Shown here piece after piece: positions 38,256 through 49,819 of a stretch of 64,000 nucleotides of DNA. Source of the stretch: Mobula hypostoma (Eukaryota); NCBI RefSeq assembly GCF_963921235.1, contig NC_086097.1, positions 117,244,001 to 117,308,000 of the forward strand, given 5' to 3'. Within the stretch, counting starts at the first letter, position 1. Every line of letters starts with the position of its first letter. The notes beneath the pieces are model-generated. The model was not told the DNA's origin. It searched no databases and was given only the letters and a program-made list of their open reading frames with translations. A program made the translations under genes and the position numbers.

Positions 38256-38834
38256 TCTATCATGGAATTCACAATTGTTTTGCATAAATTACTATGTGTG
38301 CAATGAAATGTAGTTTTGATGGAATATTAATTAAGATTGTTACATTAAGTCACCTTGTTAGTCTTTACCCTGCAATTTCATTTTGATCTTTTCAGAGATA
38401 TTTGAATGACTTAAGCACCGGGCCAGGTTGAAAAGGTCAGTGTGTCGGGACCGGAGGCGAGGAAGGGGCCAGTTCTGCTCGCTGCTCCACGGCGATTATT
38501 CAGCTCTGTGTTGAACTGAGGATGCACGTGGCTCTAGCTGCAGTGATGCCTGCCTTTGTGTCTGTGTTCCCGCAATGTTTACTTGGTTCTGAGATGAACT
38601 GAGGCTGTGGCCCACTGCAGCTGCAGAGATGCCAGTCTTCGTGACTTTCGTAAAACGTCAGTTCTGAATGTCATTTGCTTACTTTTATTGGTTGCACAAT
38701 TTTTTTCTTTCGTGCATTCAAGGATTGAAATACATACTTCGATAATAAATGTACTTTGAACTTTTTGAACTTAGAACATGCGCATAATTTTGTGAGGACA
38801 CCAAGAAGAAAAACATGGTCCACTTGTGTCAAGC

Positions 38835-39030
38835 AAATCTGTGGAACTCTTTGTCAAAGACAGCTATGGAGGCCAAGCCATTGGGTATATTTAAAGCAGA
38901 GTTTGATGGGTTCCTGATTACTAAGGTTGTCAAAGGTTATGAGGAGAAGAGAAGAAAATGGGGTTGAGAATGACAACATGTCAGCCATGATGGAATGGTG
39001 GAGCAGACTCGATGGGCCAAATTGCTTCAT
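38835..39030 (+). mobile_element. CR1 3' UTR fragment
   Basis: aatctgtggaactctttg...gagcagactcgatgggcc. Confidence 0.8.
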
Positions 39031-39599
39031 ACTGATCCTATTTGCAGTTTCACTCAAAGTAATAAATTCTTCAAGAAATGTAGGAAACGTATGCTATGTG
39101 ATCTATGATATCAGTCACTCATTGGTCAACTAAGTGGTGCAAAAGTGAACAACACCCAGATGTACTCAGGGTGGTTTCCCTACGGTCACTACTGATTACA
39201 AAATAATGCTAGTCTTATCTAATATCTCCAAAACAGACTCCCTGAACATCTTAAACACAAAATAAGTCCACAAGTGGATCCAATTTTTAGGCAGTAATCT
39301 TCTTAAATCAGATCACTATTTAACTGCACCTATCATATACATGAGGGCTTCTCCCCATGACGTTGTTATGTTTTGGGAAGGATATAAACGTTCATGTTTT
39401 AGACACTAAAATGAAGTCATTGTTGTGTCTATCATGAAATCCACCCAGTCCTTATTATCCCTCTACGCAGAGCAAATAATCCAAGAAAGCAGCTGGAAGT
39501 GGAAAGGAATTCATTGCTGAGCTAGTGGTGGAGGCAGATTCAATTGTAGCATTCAAGATACCTGATGGGGATAAGAATATTTCAAAGCTAGCAACAGGC

Positions 39600-40090
39600 T
39601 GGCTTTCATTTAAATTGAGTGTGGTGGTGTAAGATAGGTTGGCTTGCACTGTTAGAAGGCAGGGATGTGCAATAAGCTGGCCTGCTCTCAGATTAAAGGT
39701 GAGGAATGTGATAAAGTGGCTTGCTCTTAAATAGAGGGTAGGGGAGTGTGATTGGCTTATTTGCTCTTAAATAGAGGGTAGCGGAGTGTGATTGGCTGAT
39801 TTGCTCTTAAATCCAGGGTAGGGGAGTGTGATTGGCTGACTTGCTCTTAAATAGAGGGTGGGGAAGTGTGATTGGCTGATTTGCTCCTAAATAGAGGGTA
39901 GGGGAGTGTGATTGGCTGATTTGCTCTTAATTAGAGGGTAGGGGAGTGTGATTGGCTGATTTGCTCTCAAATAGAGGGTAGGGGAGTATAATTGAATGAT
40001 TTTCTCTTAAATTTAGGGTAAGGGAGTGTGATTGGCCGATTTGCAATTAAATAGATGGGGGTGGGTTGGGTGGTGCAATAGACTGGCTTG
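39600..40090. repeat. 40-bp minisatellite: 8 regular units (39721-40040) plus degenerate flanking units
   Basis: consensus ttgctcttaaatagagggtaggggagtgtgattggctgat. Confidence 0.95.
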
Positions 40091-40096
40091 CATTTA

Positions 40097-43000
40097 AATT
40101 AGATTAGATTAGATTAGATTTAACTTTATTGTCATTGTGCTGAGTACAGATACAAAGCCTTTGAAATGCAGTTAGCATCTGACCAGAAATGCAAAGAGTA
40201 GTGTTATTTACAAAATAACTGCGAATAAAAAGTAAGTGCTACAGCACACAAATATATAAGTACTGAGACAGTACAATATGGGTGCAATACTGCTTAGCGC
40301 TGTGATGAGAGGTTCAACAGGGTCACAGGCTCAGGGAAGAAGCTCTTCCTGTGCCTGCTGGTGCGGGAGCGGAGGCTCCTGTAGCATCTACCAGATGGGA
40401 GGAGAGTAAAACGTCCATAGTTAGGGTGAGATGCATCCCTGATAATGCTTTTCACCCTGCCCAGGCAGTGTTTATGGTAGATGTTCTCAATGGTGGGCAA
40501 TTGGGTGTCGATAATCCACTGGGCAGTTTTCACCACACGCACGCTGGAGTGCTTTACGTTCCGATACAAGGACAAATGCCATACCACACTGAGATGCAGT
40601 TGGTGAATATGCTCTCAATGGTACAGCGGTAAAAGTCCATCAGTATCCTAGGACAGAGGTGAGTTTTCTTGATGTTCCGGAGGAAATAAAAGCTCTGTTT
40701 CGCCTTGTTGATCAGGGTGGAGGAATTCAGGGACCAGGTGAGATCCTCAGAAATGTGGACACCAAGGAATTTGAAGCTTGATATATGCTCCACTACAGCT
40801 CCGTTGATGTAGATAGGGGTGTGAGTGTGGCTCCTAGCATGCCTGAAGTCCACAGTGATAGAAACATAGAAACATAGAAAATAGGTGCAGGAGTAGGCCA
40901 TTCGGCCCTTCGAGCCTGCACCGCCATTTATTATGATCATGGCTGATCATCCAACTCAGAACCCAGCCTTCCCTCCATACCCCCTGACCCCTGTAGCCAC
41001 AAGGGCCATATCTAACTTCCTCTTAAACACAGCCAATGAACTGGCCTCAACAGTTTGCTGTGGCAGAGAATTCCACAGATTCACCACTCTCTGTGTGAAG
41101 AAGTTTTTCCTAATCTCGGTCCTAAAAGGCTTCCCCTCTATCCTCAAACTGTGACCCCTCGTTCTGGACCTCCCCAACATCGGGAACAATCTTCCCGCAT
41201 CTAGCCTGTCCAATCCCTTTAGGATCTTATACGTTTCAATCAGATCCCCCCTCAATCTTCTAAATTCCAACGAGTACAAGCCCAGTTCATCCAGTCTTTC
41301 TTCATATGAAAGACCTGCCATCCCAGGAATCAATCTGGTGAACCTTCTTTGTACTCCCTCTATGGCAAAGATGTCTTTCCTCAGATTAGGGGACCAAAAC
41401 TGCACACCATACTCCAGGTGTGGTCTCACCAAGGCCTTGTACAACTGCAGTAGTACCTCCCTGCTCCTGTACTCGAATCCTCTCGCTATAAATGCCAGCA
41501 TACCGTTCGCCTTTTTCACCGCCTGCTGTACCTGCATGCCTACTTTCAATGACTGGTGTATAATGACACCCAGGTCTCGTTGCACCTCCCCTTTTCCTAA
41601 TCGGCCACCATTCAGATAATAATCTGTTTTCCTATTTTTGCCACCAAAGTGGATAACTTCACATTTATCCACATTAAATTGCATCTGCCATGAGTTTGCC
41701 CACTCACCCAACCTATCCAAGTCACCCTGCATCCTCTTAGCATCCTCCTCACTGCTAACACTGCCACCCAGCTTCGTGTCATCCGCAAACTTGGAGATGC
41801 TGCATTTAATTCCCTCATCCAAGTCATTAATATATATTGTAAACAACTGGGGTCCCAGCACTGAGCCTTGCGGTACCCCACTAGTCACCGCCTGCCATTC
41901 TGAAAAGGTCCCGTTTATTCCCACTCTTTGCTTCCTGTCTGCTAACCAATTCTCCACCCACACCAATACCTTACCCCCAATACCGTGTGCTTTAAGTTTG
42001 CACACTAATCTCCTGTGTGATCTCCTTGGTCTTCTGGGTGTTAAGAGCCAGGTTGTTGTTGCCACACCACGTGGCCAGGTGCTGGACCTCATCCCTGTAG
42101 GCCGTCTCGTCATCCCCTCTGATCAGGCCAACCACCGTGGTGTTGTCCGCGAACCTGATTATGGAGTTAGAACCATGTACAGGAACGCAGTCATAGGTGT
42201 AAAGGGAGTACAGAAGAGGGCTCAGCACAGCCTTGAGGCACGCTGGTGTTCAGGGTGAGAGTGGAGGAGGAGAGGCTGTCTAATTTAACTGATTGGGGTC
42301 TGTTAGTCAGAAAGTCCAAGGTCCAATTGCAGCTGGATGAGCTGATACCAAGCTGGCGAAGTTTGGCGATCAGCTTGGAGGGGATCATAGTATTGAATGC
42401 CGAACTAAAGTCAATGAACATCATTCTGATGTAAGAGTTGAGGCTGTCCAGGTGGGTCAGGGCAGAGTGAAGTGCCGTGGAGATGGCATCCTCTGTTGAC
42501 CTGTTGGTGCAATAGGCAAATTGATGGGGGTCCAGGGTAGTGGGCAGATAGGATTTCAGATGTGATAGAACCATTCTCTCAAAGCACTTTGCAGTGTTGG
42601 GGGTGAGTGCAAATGGTTGGCAGTCATTCAGGCCCGTGGCAGAGGAATGCTTTGGCACTGGCACTATGGTGGCGATCTTGAAGCTTGTGGGGACAACTGC
42701 CTGGGCCAGGGACAGATTGAAAATGTCCGTGAAGACCCCGGCCAGCTGCCCTGCATAGACTCTGAGCACACGGCCAGGAATTCCATCCGGACCAGCTGCC
42801 TTCCGTACATTCACCCTGCTCAGGGTGGCACAAACATCGGAGGTGGAAAGTGAGAGGGGCAGTTCACCAGGTGGGAGATTCGCTTTGAGGATGACCTCCT
42901 TGTTCTCTCGGTCGAAGCGAGCGTAGAAGTAATTGAGCTCATCAGGGAGGGAAGCAGAGCTGGAAGGGGGCACAGTACTAGATGGTTTGAAGTCTGTAAT

Positions 43001-44434
43001 GACCTGTATACCATGCCACATGTGCCGGGGGTCCGAGGAGTTCTCCTCAATTCTCTGTTTGTATATGTGTTTAGCCTGAGAGATTCCCCTCCTCAGGTTG
43101 GCCCTGGCTGAGCTGTAAGCCTCCTGGTCTCCAGACCTGAAGGCGGAATCTCTGGCTTTGAGCAGGAGGTGAACTTCTCTGTTCATCCATGGTTTCTGAT
43201 TGGGGAAAACTTTTATTGTTTTTGTGATGTCACTCTATCTTACACTTGTTGATGTGCTCAAGGACGGAGTTGGTATATCAATCAATGTTGAGCTAAGAGT
43301 CTGTGGTGGCATGGGCAGCAAACGTGCTCCAGTCTGTGTGCTGGAATTGATGTTGAAGAACAGAGTCAGCCCCCTCCAGCCAGATCTTAATAGTCTTCAT
43401 TGTGGGTTTCACACGTTTAATGACTGGGCTATACTTGGGAAGTAGAAACAATGAAAGTTGGTCGGACTGTCCCAGGTGGGGGAGGGTAGTGGCTTTGTAA
43501 ACGTCAGCCACATTTGTGTAGACATGATCTAAGGTTTTATTACCCCTTGTGGTGCATGATACCTTTTGGTAAAATATTGGAAGCACAGTACGTAGGTTAC
43601 AATGATTAAAGTCCCCAGCGACAATAAAGGCTCCGTCTGGATGCAATGTCTGCAGCTTGCTAATGGTGGCACTGAGGTCTTTCATGGCTACTTTAACATT
43701 AGCATCTGGTGGAACATAAACTGCGACAGCAATGATGCATGTAAACGCTCCAGGATGATTAAAAAGGTCTGTACTTAATAATCAAGGTATTCCAGATCAG
43801 CAGAGCAATAAGTGTCAGCGATGGTAGAGTTAGTGCACCATGATCGATTCATGTAGATGCATACACCACCTCCTGTACTTTTACCTGTCGCTGTTGCAGT
43901 TCTGTCAGCCCTGAAGACCGTGCGCCCTTCCAGTTCCACCACATTGTTTGGGACATCACTGTTTAGCCATGTCTCCATAAAAAACATGATGTTGCAATCC
44001 ACAAGCCTTCTTAGTGTGAGGGTCCAAGTCCTTAGTTCGTCCAGCTTGTTCGTCAGAGACTGAACATTGTCGAGGAAGATGCTAGGTAGCGCTGGCCGGT
44101 GTGGATTTAGCATTAGGTAGCACGCAAACCTCCACGCTTCTCCTGTCTTTGTTTACAGTCTCGATGCCGGCGCCAGGTCCTTCCGGTCGGAGCGAGTTGA
44201 ATGCAGGTCCGCTGTGTCCTTACTAACCGGAGGTAGTTGGTCGAAGTTGAATGGATAGTCCAAAACTGTGTTGGTGCATCAATAGTTAATGTCCAAAAGT
44301 GACTGTTTGCTGTAAGTGTAGTTCACATAGCCGAATCGAGCAAACATGCAGGAAACAAGCAGATAAATTAACACTATTTTTCGAAATCTGGTAAGACACT
44401 GAGCCTCACGATACACACGCACTGACGCCATCTG
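40097..44434 (-). mobile_element. essentially full-length Rex1/Babar-type LINE (APE endonuclease + RT), disrupted
   Basis: LPSIFLDNVQSLTNKLDEL, METWL, GGGVCIY, AGDFNH, LDHVY (APE); KAAGPDGIPG, FIDFSSAFNT, VPQG, RFADNT (RT); (TCTAA)n tail at 40097-40120; 5' end ggcagatggcg. Confidence 0.93.
40860..42016 (-). mobile_element. young 5'-truncated CR1 nested in the Rex1 RT
   Basis: stop-free frame [28 protein letters not shown]..to stop at 40956; (TTTCTATG)n tail; GTGAT duplicated at 40855-40859 and 42017-42021. Confidence 0.97.
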
Positions 44435-44944
44435 CCAACGCAATCATAACGAACTCAATGGGCTGAATGATCTGTTTTTGTACTATAATCACCTTGTGAT
44501 TCTGCCAGCAGCTGCAATCCAAGCTTCCCATTGGTTTAAAGTTGCATCTGGCCCCGGTGAACTCATCAGGTTCCAAGTACTTTATGACATTTATGCAAAA
44601 TTGACAGTTATGTGGATGTTTTTCGACTGGCCACCCACTGGTGATCTCGCTTGGTTAACAAGGTAGAATCTGACGCTGCTTCTGCAAGTGACCGGGTAAA
44701 TAAAATAGACAGGTATGCGAATACTCAGAAAGCCTGGAGAAACATCAGTCCACAGATCTTAAGTAATTTGCTAACATTCAACATGACAAAGCGAATGCTC
44801 TGATGGGGTTGCTGTCAAGGACGCCTCAACTCTGGATTTGGGATTACACCAGCAATACTGAAGACGTTTTATCAGCCAATAGAAGACTGCAATTTTATGA
44901 AGAGGAACGCAAGCTGATTGCTCAGTGAAGTCAGGCCTCCTATT

Positions 44945-45127
44945 TCCCCCAGGTACTTCAGTTTCCTCCCACATTCCAAAGACGTGTAGCTAGGGTAAGT
45001 GGGCGTGCTATCTTGGCGCTGGAAGTGTTGCGATACTTGCAGGCTTCCCGAATTCGATTTAACACAAAACTATACATATCATGCTATGGTTCGATTTGCA
45101 AACAAAATTTATCTTTATCTTATCTTT
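44945..45127 (+). mobile_element. V-SINE 3' part with (tatctt)n tail
   Basis: gtttcctcccacattccaaagacgt; tail homologous to 18338-18470. Confidence 0.7.
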
Positions 45128-45892
45128 TTTCTGATCTTCATGCACTGATGGGATTAATGCTGCAATGACCGATCAATCCATTCAGTTGCACTATTATTGT
45201 GATGTTAAAATAAAGAATAAAACTGGAAGAAGCAGGCGATGAATTGGGGCAAAAGTTACTCAGATCAAATCAAGTTTAATTGTCGTTCAAACCATCCATG
45301 GATAGATCCAAACAAGACAGCATTCCTCTGGAGCCAAGCTGCAAAAACGTGCATGTGCAGTCAAAATAGTGAGAAAGAGAGAAAAGAAGAACATAGTTAT
45401 GTAAGAAAACATATTTTTAGTCCAAGAACCTGAGTGACAAGTCCCACAAGTTGATGCTTCTGGGCAGTCCAGCCTGTAATTATCCTGATCCAACACTAGC
45501 GAGCTCACCAATGGGAGAGACCAACCCCACCAACCAACACCACCTCCCGACCACCAAAACAAGCACGGAGGCCAGGCTACAACAAGACCCAGAGGCTTGA
45601 GGCCTAGTCCTGGTCCCATTCCCAGTTTCTTCCCCACAGACAGCTGGGAACTAGTGTCTAAACTGAAAGAGCTGCCCCACACACAAGTCAAGCAACAGTC
45701 TGAAATAAACACCCTCACAGAATCATGCAATCATGCCTTGCAAAGAAACTGAAGTTATTTCCTGATTATAGAAGGGAGCGGTGAAACTCTGTTGATTCCC
45801 AAGGTAAGTTCCTTGCACAGTTTATCCGTTTGTATAACAGACATAACACGCTGGAGGAACTCAGCAGGTCGGGCAGCATCCATGGAAACGAT

Positions 45893-45930
45893 CAGTCAAT
45901 GTTTCGGGCCGGAACCCTTCGTCAGGACTG
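45893..45930 (-). ncRNA. minimal hammerhead ribozyme motif
   Basis: cagtc-CTGACGA-a-ggg ttccgg ccc-GAAAC-ATT-gactg. Confidence 0.6.
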
Positions 45931-47118
45931 TAGAGGGAAGGGGCAGAGGCCCTATAAAGAAGGTGGGGGAGGGTGGGAAGGAGAAGGCTGGTAGGTTCCA
46001 GGTGAAAAACCAGTAAGGGGAAAGATAAAGGGGTGGGGGAGGGGAAGCAGGGAGGTGATAGGCAGGAAAGGTGAAGAAGGAATAGGGGAAAACACAATGG
46101 GAAGTAGAAGGAGGCGGAACCATGAGAGAGATGATAGGCAGCTGGGGGAGGGGGCAGAGTGAAACTGGGATGGGGGACAGGAGGGGGAGGGAATTACCAG
46201 AAGTTGGAGAATTCTATTTTCATACCAAGGGGCTGGAGACTACCTAAACGGTATATGAGGTGTTGCTCCTCCAACCTGAGTTTAGCCTCATCATGGCTGT
46301 AGAGGAGGCCATGTATGGACATATCCGAATGGGAATGTGAAGCAGAGTTGAAGTGGGTGGCTACCGGGAGATCCTGTCTGTTGTGGCGGACGGAGCAGAG
46401 GTGCTCGACGAAGTGGTCCCCCAATCTGCGTCGGGTTTCACCGATGTAGAGGAGGCCGCACTGGGAGCACCGGATGCAATAAATGACCCCAACAGACTCA
46501 AAAGTGAAGTGTTGCCTCACCTGGAAAGACTGTTTGGGGCTCCGTATGGTGGTAAGAGAGGAGGTGTAGGGACAGGTGTAGCACTTACGCTTACAGGGAT
46601 AAGTGCCAGGTGGGAGATCCGTGGGGAGGGTCATGTGGATCAGAGAGTCCTGGAGGGACCGATCCCTGCGGAAAGCGAAGAGGGGTGGAAAGGGAAAGAT
46701 GTGCTTAGTGGTGGGGTCCTGTTGAAGGTGGTGGAAGTTGCGGAAGATAATGTGCTGGATCCGGAGAGGTGGTAGGTTGGAGGAGCAACACCTCATATAC
46801 CGTCTAGGTAGTCTCCAGCCCCTTGGTATGAACATAGAATTCTCCAACTTCCGGTAATCCCCTCCCCCTCCCGTTCCCCATCCCAGTTTCACTCTGCTCC
46901 CTCCCCCGGCTGCCTATTATCTCCCTCATGGTTCCACCTCCTACTACCCATTGTGTTTTCCCCTCTTCTTTCTTCACCTTTCCTGCCTATCATCTCCCTG
47001 CTTCCCCTACCCCACCCCTTTATCTTTCCCCTTACTGGTTTTTCACCTGGAGCCTACCAGCCTTCTCCTTCCCACCCTCCCCCCACCTTCTTTATAGGGC
47101 CTCTGACCCTTCCTCCTA

Positions 47119-47156
47119 CAGTCCTGATGAAGGGTTCTGTCCCGAAACGTTGACTG
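47119..47156 (+). ncRNA. minimal hammerhead ribozyme motif (best preserved copy)
   Basis: stem I cagtc/gactg; core CTGATGA plus extra A; stem II ggg-ttctgt-ccc; GAAAC-GTT with palindromic ACGT and no stem III loop. Confidence 0.7.
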
Positions 47157-47334
47157 ATCGTTTCCATGGATGCTGCCCGACCTGCTGAGTTCCTCCAGCG
47201 TGTTGTGAGTGTTGCTTTGACCCCAGCATCTGCAGAGTATTTTACGTTTGTATAACAGACATGATTTTATTAATGGTGACACTCCAAAGAAGATGAGGCA
47301 AAGCCAACAAAGTCCAATTATATTTATGCCATAT

Positions 47335-47600
47335 TTGACCTGTACTCACTGGAGTTAGGAAGAATATTTTGGTTAGGGGGAGGGTCACAGGAGATCTTAT
47401 TGAAACCTATCAAATTGAAATGCCCAGATAGAGTGGACAAGGAGATGTTTCTTATAGTGGTAGTATTGTACCAGAGGATACAGCCTCAGAACACAAGGAC
47501 TTCCCTTTAGAAGTAAAGAGGAGGAATTTCTTTAGCCAGAGGGTGGTGAATCTTTTGAGTTCATTGCTACAGATGGCGGCGAAGGCCAAGTCATTGGGTA
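47335..47600 (+). mobile_element. CR1 fragment
   Basis: cctgtactcactggagtt...tttagccagagggtggtgaatc. Confidence 0.8.
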
Positions 47601-47677
47601 CCCTTACCGTACATCAATGGGGTGTGCAAGGAAACTGGAGCACCGGGTGGAAACCCATGCTCCCATGGGGAAAATGG

Positions 47678-48610
47678 GCCGGTACAGTAGCATGGTGGTT
47701 AGCACAACTCTTTACAGTACAGGAGCCCCGGGTTCAATTCCCACCACTTCTGTAAGGAGTTTGGACATTCTGCCCAAGTGGAGAGAGTGAGCAGTTTCAA
47801 GTTCCTGGATGTCAAGATCTCTGAGGACCTAACCTGGGCCCAACCTATCGATACAGTCATAAAGAAGGCAAGACAGTGGCTATACTCCATTAGGAGTTTG
47901 AACAGATTTGGTGTGTCCACAAATAAACTCAAAAACTCCGACAGATGTACCGTGGAGAGCATTCTGACAGGCTGCATCACTGTCTGGTATGGGGCAGGGT
48001 TACTGCACAGGACTGAAGAAGCTGCAGAGGTTTATAAATTTAGTTGGCTCCATCTTGGGTACTAGCTTACAAAGTACCCAGGACATCTTCAGGGAGGGGT
48101 GTTTCATAAAGGCAGCGTCCATTATTAAGGACATCCAGCACCCAGGGCATGCCCTTTTCTCACTGTTACCATCAGGTAGGAGGTACAGAAGCTTGAAAGC
48201 ACACACTCAGCGATTCAGGAACAGCTTCTTCCCCTCTGCCATCCGATTCCTAAATGGACATTGAACCCGTGAACACTATCTCAATCTATTCAATATATGT
48301 ATACTGTAATTTATTTATTTATTAATTATTATTCTTTCTTCTTCTAGATTATGTATTGCATTAAAATGCTGCTGCTAAGTTAACAAATTTCTCGACACAT
48401 GTCGGCGATAATCAACCTGATTCTGATTCCGAACGTGTAGGTTTCCTCCGGGTGCTCTGGTTTCCTCCTACATTCCATAAACATACTGGTGGGTAGGCTA
48501 ATTGTTCATCGTAAAGTTAGTGCTGTGATTAGGCTAGCATTAAATTTGGTGATTGCTGGGCGGCTTGTCTCAAAGGGCTGGAGGGGCCCATTCCCCACTG
48601 AATCTGAATA
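47678..48610 (+). mobile_element. V-SINE split by a Rex1 insertion
   Basis: head tggtggttagcac..cccgggttcaattccc..taaggagttt (47678-47765) resumes as cgtgtaggtttcctccgggtgctctgg at ~48434. Confidence 0.8.
47775..48432 (+). mobile_element. Rex1/Babar-type LINE 3' end
   Basis: VERVSSFKFL..SEDLTW..ESILTGCITVWYG..HPGHALFSLLPSGRRYRS..RFRNSFFP; (ctgatt)n tail. Confidence 0.92.
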
Positions 48611-48954
48611 ACTGTACACACTCCTGCCAGACAGCTGTGGAAATTGAACGCTGATCTTACAGCTGATGCTGCAAAGCGACACGCGGCCTGCTATGTTACT
48701 GCACCATCATGCAGGGTATAAACAGTTACATTTTTATTCACGAGCAAGCTGACTGTAAAGAAAAAAAGTCATCCTTGCACAGGATTTGTATAATCCTGTG
48801 GGTCGGGATAAATGACACGAGGGATGGTTCTGCCGTCTGAAATGTGTGCTTCGCCTCAGTGGTCTGAACAACCTGCGTACAAAAGGAGAATACAAATAAA
48901 ACAACATGCTTCTCACTACGATAGCTGTAACACAGTATTTTAAGTCATTATATC

Positions 48955-49320
48955 GAAGAGTCAGACAACACTGAACTGGGCCGTTCGGCCCATAATGTCA
49001 ATGCTGATCTTCTTCTCCCATCTACGCTGATCCTTTTTGCCTGTGTTAGGACCATGTTGTTCCATGCCTTGCCTTTACAAGTGTCTGTCTAAATGTCTCT
49101 TAATCATCCTAATTATATCTACCTCCATCACCTCCTCTGGCAGTGCATTCTCTGTGTAAAAAGGTGACCCTCAGATTCCCTTTAAAACTCCTTCCTTTTA
49201 CCTTCAAGTTATGCCCCCTTGCTTTTGATACGACGACCATGAGAAAAAGGGTTTTAACTCTCTGTTCTATACATGCTTCTCATACTCATATCCACTTCTC
49301 TCAGGTCTCCCCTCGGCAGC
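48955..49320 (-). mobile_element. CR1 3' end, old
   Basis: aagcaagggggcataacttgaagg..ttttacacagagaatgcactgccagagg on the minus strand. Confidence 0.7.
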
Positions 49321-49384
49321 CTTTGCTCCACAGCTACATTGCTGCTATGTGCACGGGACTGAGAACCTAGATAGTGTCAGTCTG

Positions 49385-49610
49385 CAATACTGGGGAACGC
49401 CATATTCTCCACATAGCTCATGCCAGATCCTGGACACCCAGCTGCCAGAAGAGACTCTCAGTTGTGTAGAGAAAAAAAAAACCTATTCATGCTTGTCCTG
49501 AAAGCTTCATTGACAAAATGCAATATCCCTAGCGGATACTGGCAATCTTTGGCCAAACACCTTAAGACCATAAGACATGGAGGAGTATATGGTTTCAAAG
49601 ACCATCCAGT
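49385..49610 (+). mobile_element. RTE LINE C-terminal fragment
   Basis: LKASLTKCNIPSGYWQSLA resembles the RTE ORF C-terminus. Confidence 0.55.
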
Positions 49611-49621
49611 GGAGCCAGATA

Positions 49622-49678
49622 CACTCGGTGGCCACTTTGTTAGATATCTCCTGTACCGAATAAAGTGGCCACTGCGTG
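49622..49678. mobile_element. 57-bp Tc1-type micro-MITE (family A hairpin on its own)
   Basis: TA|CACTCGGTGGCCACTTT...AAAGTGGCCACTGCGTG|TA. Confidence 0.8.
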
Positions 49679-49819
49679 TATCTGGAATGGTGCTCTAAAC
49701 TACAAGCCCGTGTAAAGTGGTGTAAGGAGTGGACCACCCCACAACTACCCAGCCACCTTTCCCAAGTGTTGAAGGGTCTGTAGTTTCCACAATGGCTCCG
49801 CTCAATGCAGATTGACACT

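Larger units (their letters stand above)
45845..47244 (-). mobile_element. Penelope-like element (probably Neptune-type) with GIY-YIG endonuclease and inverted 3' duplication
   Basis: 46194-46770: GVIYCIRCSQCGLLYIGETRRRLGDHFVEHL..VATHFN..LQPLGMKIEF; 46773-47205 is an inverted copy of 45845-46278; 18-bp TSD CGTTTGTATAACAGACAT (45827-45844, 47245-47262). Confidence 0.93.

Noticed and set aside
39721..40040. CRISPR-like array
   Set aside because: head-to-tail units with no unique spacers, no cas genes, vertebrate context
40956..42113. 385-aa ORF as an intact or chimeric RT gene
   Set aside because: 5'-truncated CR1; the first ~32 codons are an off-frame reading of the Rex1 host, so it is not a real fusion
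46194..46892. 232-aa host nuclease gene
   Set aside because: PLE endonuclease fragment; its N-terminal ~40 aa come from the inverted arm
47678..47750. tRNA gene
   Set aside because: the A/B boxes are the head of a V-SINE; the V domain follows and no intact cloverleaf is evident
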